A stretch of DNA of 64,000 nt from Bacteroidota bacterium (GTDB lineage Bacteria > Bacteroidota > Bacteroidia > Bacteroidales > UBA10428), in contig JAEZZA010000020.1 in the NCBI GenBank assembly GCA_023442525.1, positions 100,776-164,775 of the forward strand, written 5' to 3'. Every line of letters starts with the position of its first letter. The first letter of the stretch is position 1. Below are positions 62,301 to 64,000 of this stretch, piece after piece. The position numbers and the translations under genes were made by a program. Below the pieces are notes generated by a model. The model worked only from the letters and a program-made list of their open reading frames with translations, did no database searches and had not been told where the DNA came from.

Positions 62301-62963
62301 CCTTCGGAACCAAATCAGGGTTTGATGTATAAATAACAGGAAACTAAGTAGAGTAAGCAATATCAGCGAAGGTATCAGGTATTTCTCAAGACGTGCAAAC
62401 CGCAGTTCATCTGTGTTAAAGCGGATTGAGAACAGGTAAATCCCCTCCCAGTCATGTACAGCATAAGATCCTGGCTGCGGTGAAGTAAGAAGTTCCGTCG
62501 ACTCAGGCAAACGCAGGTCCGGATGAAAGCCGTTCTGAAGAAATCTATTGTTATACGAATATTCTGTTTTGACAAGGATAAGAGCGTAGGCCCTGATTGA
62601 ATCAGTAAGATATGGCTTTACAATGTACCAGCCATTAGAGATAAATTCAAATCTTCTTTCATCCAGTATGGATGAACTGAGTGAGCTGAATGATATGCTG
62701 TTATCTGACCAGTACCGGAGACTGTCATTCCGGTAAGCAAGTATGATAATACCATCTTTTGGCGGAAGAGGTGTATCAAGTTGCCAATTGTTGAAGATCA
62801 GTCGGTCGTAAATCCGGTCGGCCATTCTGAATTTCGCATTCAGATCGTTTTGCAACCGCCGGTGATCACCCTGCCTGTAATGCCAGTTATCCAGAACGAA
62901 ATTGGCCGAAATAGTAAGCACCAGCAGTGAAATAAACAAAAGTAAATATCTCCAGGTCTTCAT
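59304..62963 (-). CDS. Large multi-pass membrane sensor histidine kinase (no receiver domain)
   Basis: 1219 aa. N-terminal extracytoplasmic segment, a cluster of ~7 TM helices, a second extracytoplasmic segment, HAMP-like linker. H-box AHEIKNPLTPM, N-box LIKNAIQS, G-boxes DNGKGIP and GMGLGLSIV. Confidence 0.85.
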   Translation of the reverse strand: MKTWRYLLLFISLLVLTISANFVLDNWHYRQGDHRRLQNDLNAKFRMADRIYDRLIFNNWQLDTPLPPKDGIIILAYRNDSLRYWSDNSISFSSLSSSILDERRFEFISNGWYIVKPYLTDSIRAYALILVKTEYSYNNRFLQNGFHPDLRLPESTELLTSPQPGSYAVHDWEGIYLFSIRFNTDELRFARLEKYLIPSLILLTLLSFLLFIHQTLIWFRRHSTRNLVILAMPIFFGVLRWIMYKYHVPDDLFDLELFGPMPFGKSDWLPSLGDVFLNTLLILYIISEFFVFFKMPDRVYKGRNPGSIISISILIAIFTGFFIFTHSIISNLILHSSISFEFYKAAGLSIYTFIGLVIMVMHFAVLLMISNKIVEVCRHRCRFSRLIVIFLIVGGGILILLYFFNYRIDPGSYLAYIILFITPAILHSRKVPLGNHTPMTLMAILFSIFAVYIIAHFNNRKVMDNMAVYAGNLAAEHDPVAEYLLEDISERLQNDVNLSRYLLYWNSIDDEQQHNYLRSNYFYGFWGKYSLIHTVCAPDGYFLDSGENCYEWFNNHIDEGRSMKLPNTNFVFLDNQNGSISYLGVFKYYRADSTDERTLFIELDSRLVAEELGFPELLLDERYQKNKLLEEYSYAKYHKNQLMAQSGTFQYSLDLNTYRNKPSTFDNYVHYINYSGNDNAVMVSRPRTTFFNNLVSFSYIFIFFYVVVLFFILTRDFSKLGTEIEFNFRNKIQLSITALIFVSLFLVGGGTIYFTIEQYQRKQHDILSEKIQSVYVELDLLLAYFTERIPPDWSNDIYANLNQLLIKLSDVFYTDINLYNPEGDLIATSRQEVFSEGLLGERMDPMAYNVMVNEKQAEFIHRETIGELNYISAYVPFVSAINHKLLAYINLPYFTRQNVLKNDVTTLVVAIINVYVLLILVTIAMAAFISDEITRPLKMIQQRFSQMKLGRKSEPIIYKGRDEIAGLVNEYNRMMKELVHSIDMLAQSERESAWREMAKQVAHEIKNPLTPMKLSVQHLLRSWRDNRENFDEYLERVTRTLIEQIDNLSFIASEFSNFAKMPKAVTEQINIIDSIRSTLNLYSNTENVDFVFEHESDYVPVLADKEQLSRVFINLIKNAIQSIPDSRQGKIVISLIQNRNTIRISITDNGKGIPEELQNKMFTPSFTTKSSGMGLGLSIVKSIIVSFGGDITFKTKVNLGTTFIIELPAYRRDEPEGRG

Positions 62964-62973
62964 ATAAACAATC

Positions 62974-63447
62974 TTAAGCGTGATGATAGGGCTCGCCCTT
63001 TATTATTGTGAAAGCTCTGTAAAGTTGTTCCATGAAAATCAGCCTGACCATCTGATGTGAAAAGGTCATTGCCGACAATGAAATGCGTTCGCCTACCTTC
63101 TGGTAAACTTCGTCAGAAAATCCATACGGGCCGCCAGCTATAAAAGCCAGGTTGCGCGTACCCATATTCATATATTGTTGCAACAGCTTTGCAAATGATT
63201 CCGAATTCATTTGCCTGCCCGTGACATCCAGCAATATCTTTCTGTCGGCCTTCTCTATAGCCGGCATAATCAACCTTCCCTCAGCTTCTTTTTGCATATT
63301 TTCGGGCAGATTCCGAAGGTTTTTGGGTTCGTTAAGGCAAATCATACTGAAAGGAGCATATTTTTCAATTCTTTTACCGAATATATCAATACCCTTCCTG
63401 AGATACTCCTCCTGAGTACTACCAATATTTACAAATGTAATCTTCAT
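62974..63447 (-). CDS. rlmH: 23S rRNA (pseudouridine1915-N3)-methyltransferase RlmH
   Basis: 157 aa SPOUT fold. C-terminal GGPYGFSDEV...LSAMTFSHQMVRLIFMEQLYRAFTIIKGEPYHH. Confidence 0.9.
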   Translation of the reverse strand: MKITFVNIGSTQEEYLRKGIDIFGKRIEKYAPFSMICLNEPKNLRNLPENMQKEAEGRLIMPAIEKADRKILLDVTGRQMNSESFAKLLQQYMNMGTRNLAFIAGGPYGFSDEVYQKVGERISLSAMTFSHQMVRLIFMEQLYRAFTIIKGEPYHHA

Positions 63448-63550
63448 CCCTATCCTCTTACATCATTATTTTTCATTCCTTGTAAGGTGTTCACACCCAA
63501 ATCCCACCTCAAATATCCAGCATCCACAACCCAGCACCCATTAACTACTA

Positions 63551-63610
63551 TTAAACAATCTGAAACAATCTGAAACAATTTGAAACCACTTGGAACAAAT
63601 TGGAACTATT
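63551..63610. repeat. Six helically phased 10-bp direct repeats (consensus TGAAACAATY)
   Basis: (tt)AAACAATC / TGAAACAATC / TGAAACAATT / TGAAACCACT / TGGAACAAAT / TGGAACTATT with an exact 10-bp register. Confidence 0.8.
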
Positions 63611-63618
63611 CTCAGTCT

Positions 63619-63644
63619 CCCTTCTCCCTACTCGTCCCTGACCC
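63619..63644 (-). other. Canonical G-quadruplex-forming motif (G3N3G3N7G3N4G3) on the minus strand
   Basis: The plus strand reads CCCttctCCCtactcgtCCCtgaCCC. It is embedded in a ~160-nt stretch almost devoid of G on the plus strand. Confidence 0.55.
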
Positions 63645-63693
63645 TACACTTTGGCCCGGAATTTGATAAAAATTGTTAATTAAATTAATTAAT

Positions 63694-63701
63694 TAAATTT
63701 G
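63694..63701 (+). promoter_or_regulatory. Candidate -7 box (TAAATTTG) for the DUF4783 gene
   Basis: TAAATTTG lies 52 nt upstream of the ATG at 63754. A partial -33 (ATTG) sits 18 nt upstream. Confidence 0.3.
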
Positions 63702-63753
63702 CTGAGCATTGGGCTTAGGTAATTTCAAAATTACTTTTTATTTTAACATAAGC

Positions 63754-64000
63754 ATGCTGAAAATCAATCGTTTCAAAAACATCTTGTTGGTTAGCCTCTT
63801 ATTACCTTTTTTAGTTGGTTTTACTCTTGCCGATATCCCACAGGGAATGATTGATGCTTTAAAGACAGGAAACTCCATTATGCTTTCGCGGTATTTCAGT
63901 TCAAGTATTGAATTGGCCATTCCGGGGAAAGAAGATATTTATAGTAATAAACAGGCTGAACTCATTTTGAAGGACTTCTTCGCAAAACATGTGCCATCGG
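63754..64000 (+). CDS. DUF4783-like secreted protein, N-terminal 82 aa (continues past the window end)
   Basis: ATG at 63754, open to the window edge: MLKINRFKNILLVSLLLPFLVGFTLADIPQGMIDALKTGNSIMLSRYFSSSIELAIPGKEDIYSNKQAELILKDFFAKHVPS. It is absent from the ORF track because there is no stop. The pattern resembles DUF4783. Confidence 0.6.
   Translation, partial: MLKINRFKNILLVSLLLPFLVGFTLADIPQGMIDALKTGNSIMLSRYFSSSIELAIPGKEDIYSNKQAELILKDFFAKHVPS

Overview
This is a Bacteroidota-type chromosomal segment. The evidence is SusC/SusD pairs, T9SS C-terminal sorting domains, TAnnTTTG -7 promoter boxes and a type III glutamine synthetase. I count 37 protein genes (the first and last are truncated by the window edges) and 2 tRNAs, densely packed. 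The housekeeping backbone is mutS, truA, tatA, secDF, glnN, der, era, glmM, rluB-like and rlmH. Two accessory blocks interrupt it. (i) nt 6248-30349 is a divergently transcribed polysaccharide-utilisation locus. The minus arm runs FAS1 - SusC - SusD - FAS1 - FAS1 - SusC - SusD. The plus arm runs a 1293-aa lamin-tail-domain/T9SS protein, then GH5, then a GH44-GH26 fusion with a T9SS sorting domain. No regulator, SusE/F homologue or exo-acting enzyme is present in this locus. (ii) nt 49065-59191 is a co-directional five-gene cluster. It encodes a 1195-aa glycine-rich adhesin-like protein with a type B T9SS sorting domain, a PorP/SprF-like protein, a PD40/PKD protein and a 321-aa secreted protein I cannot assign to a family. 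The last gene is an HTCS-like beta-propeller sensor fused to a SpoIIE/PP2C phosphatase. The first three genes overlap by 1 nt each. These two blocks are the best candidates for undescribed biology. Smaller oddities are a TatA with seven perfect 11-residue tail repeats and an intergenic region upstream of rlmH that has 10-bp phased repeats flanked by G-quadruplex-type motifs. I found no CRISPR array, transposase, integrase, prophage or recognisable defence gene. All family assignments come from reading motifs by eye; no database search or computation was run.
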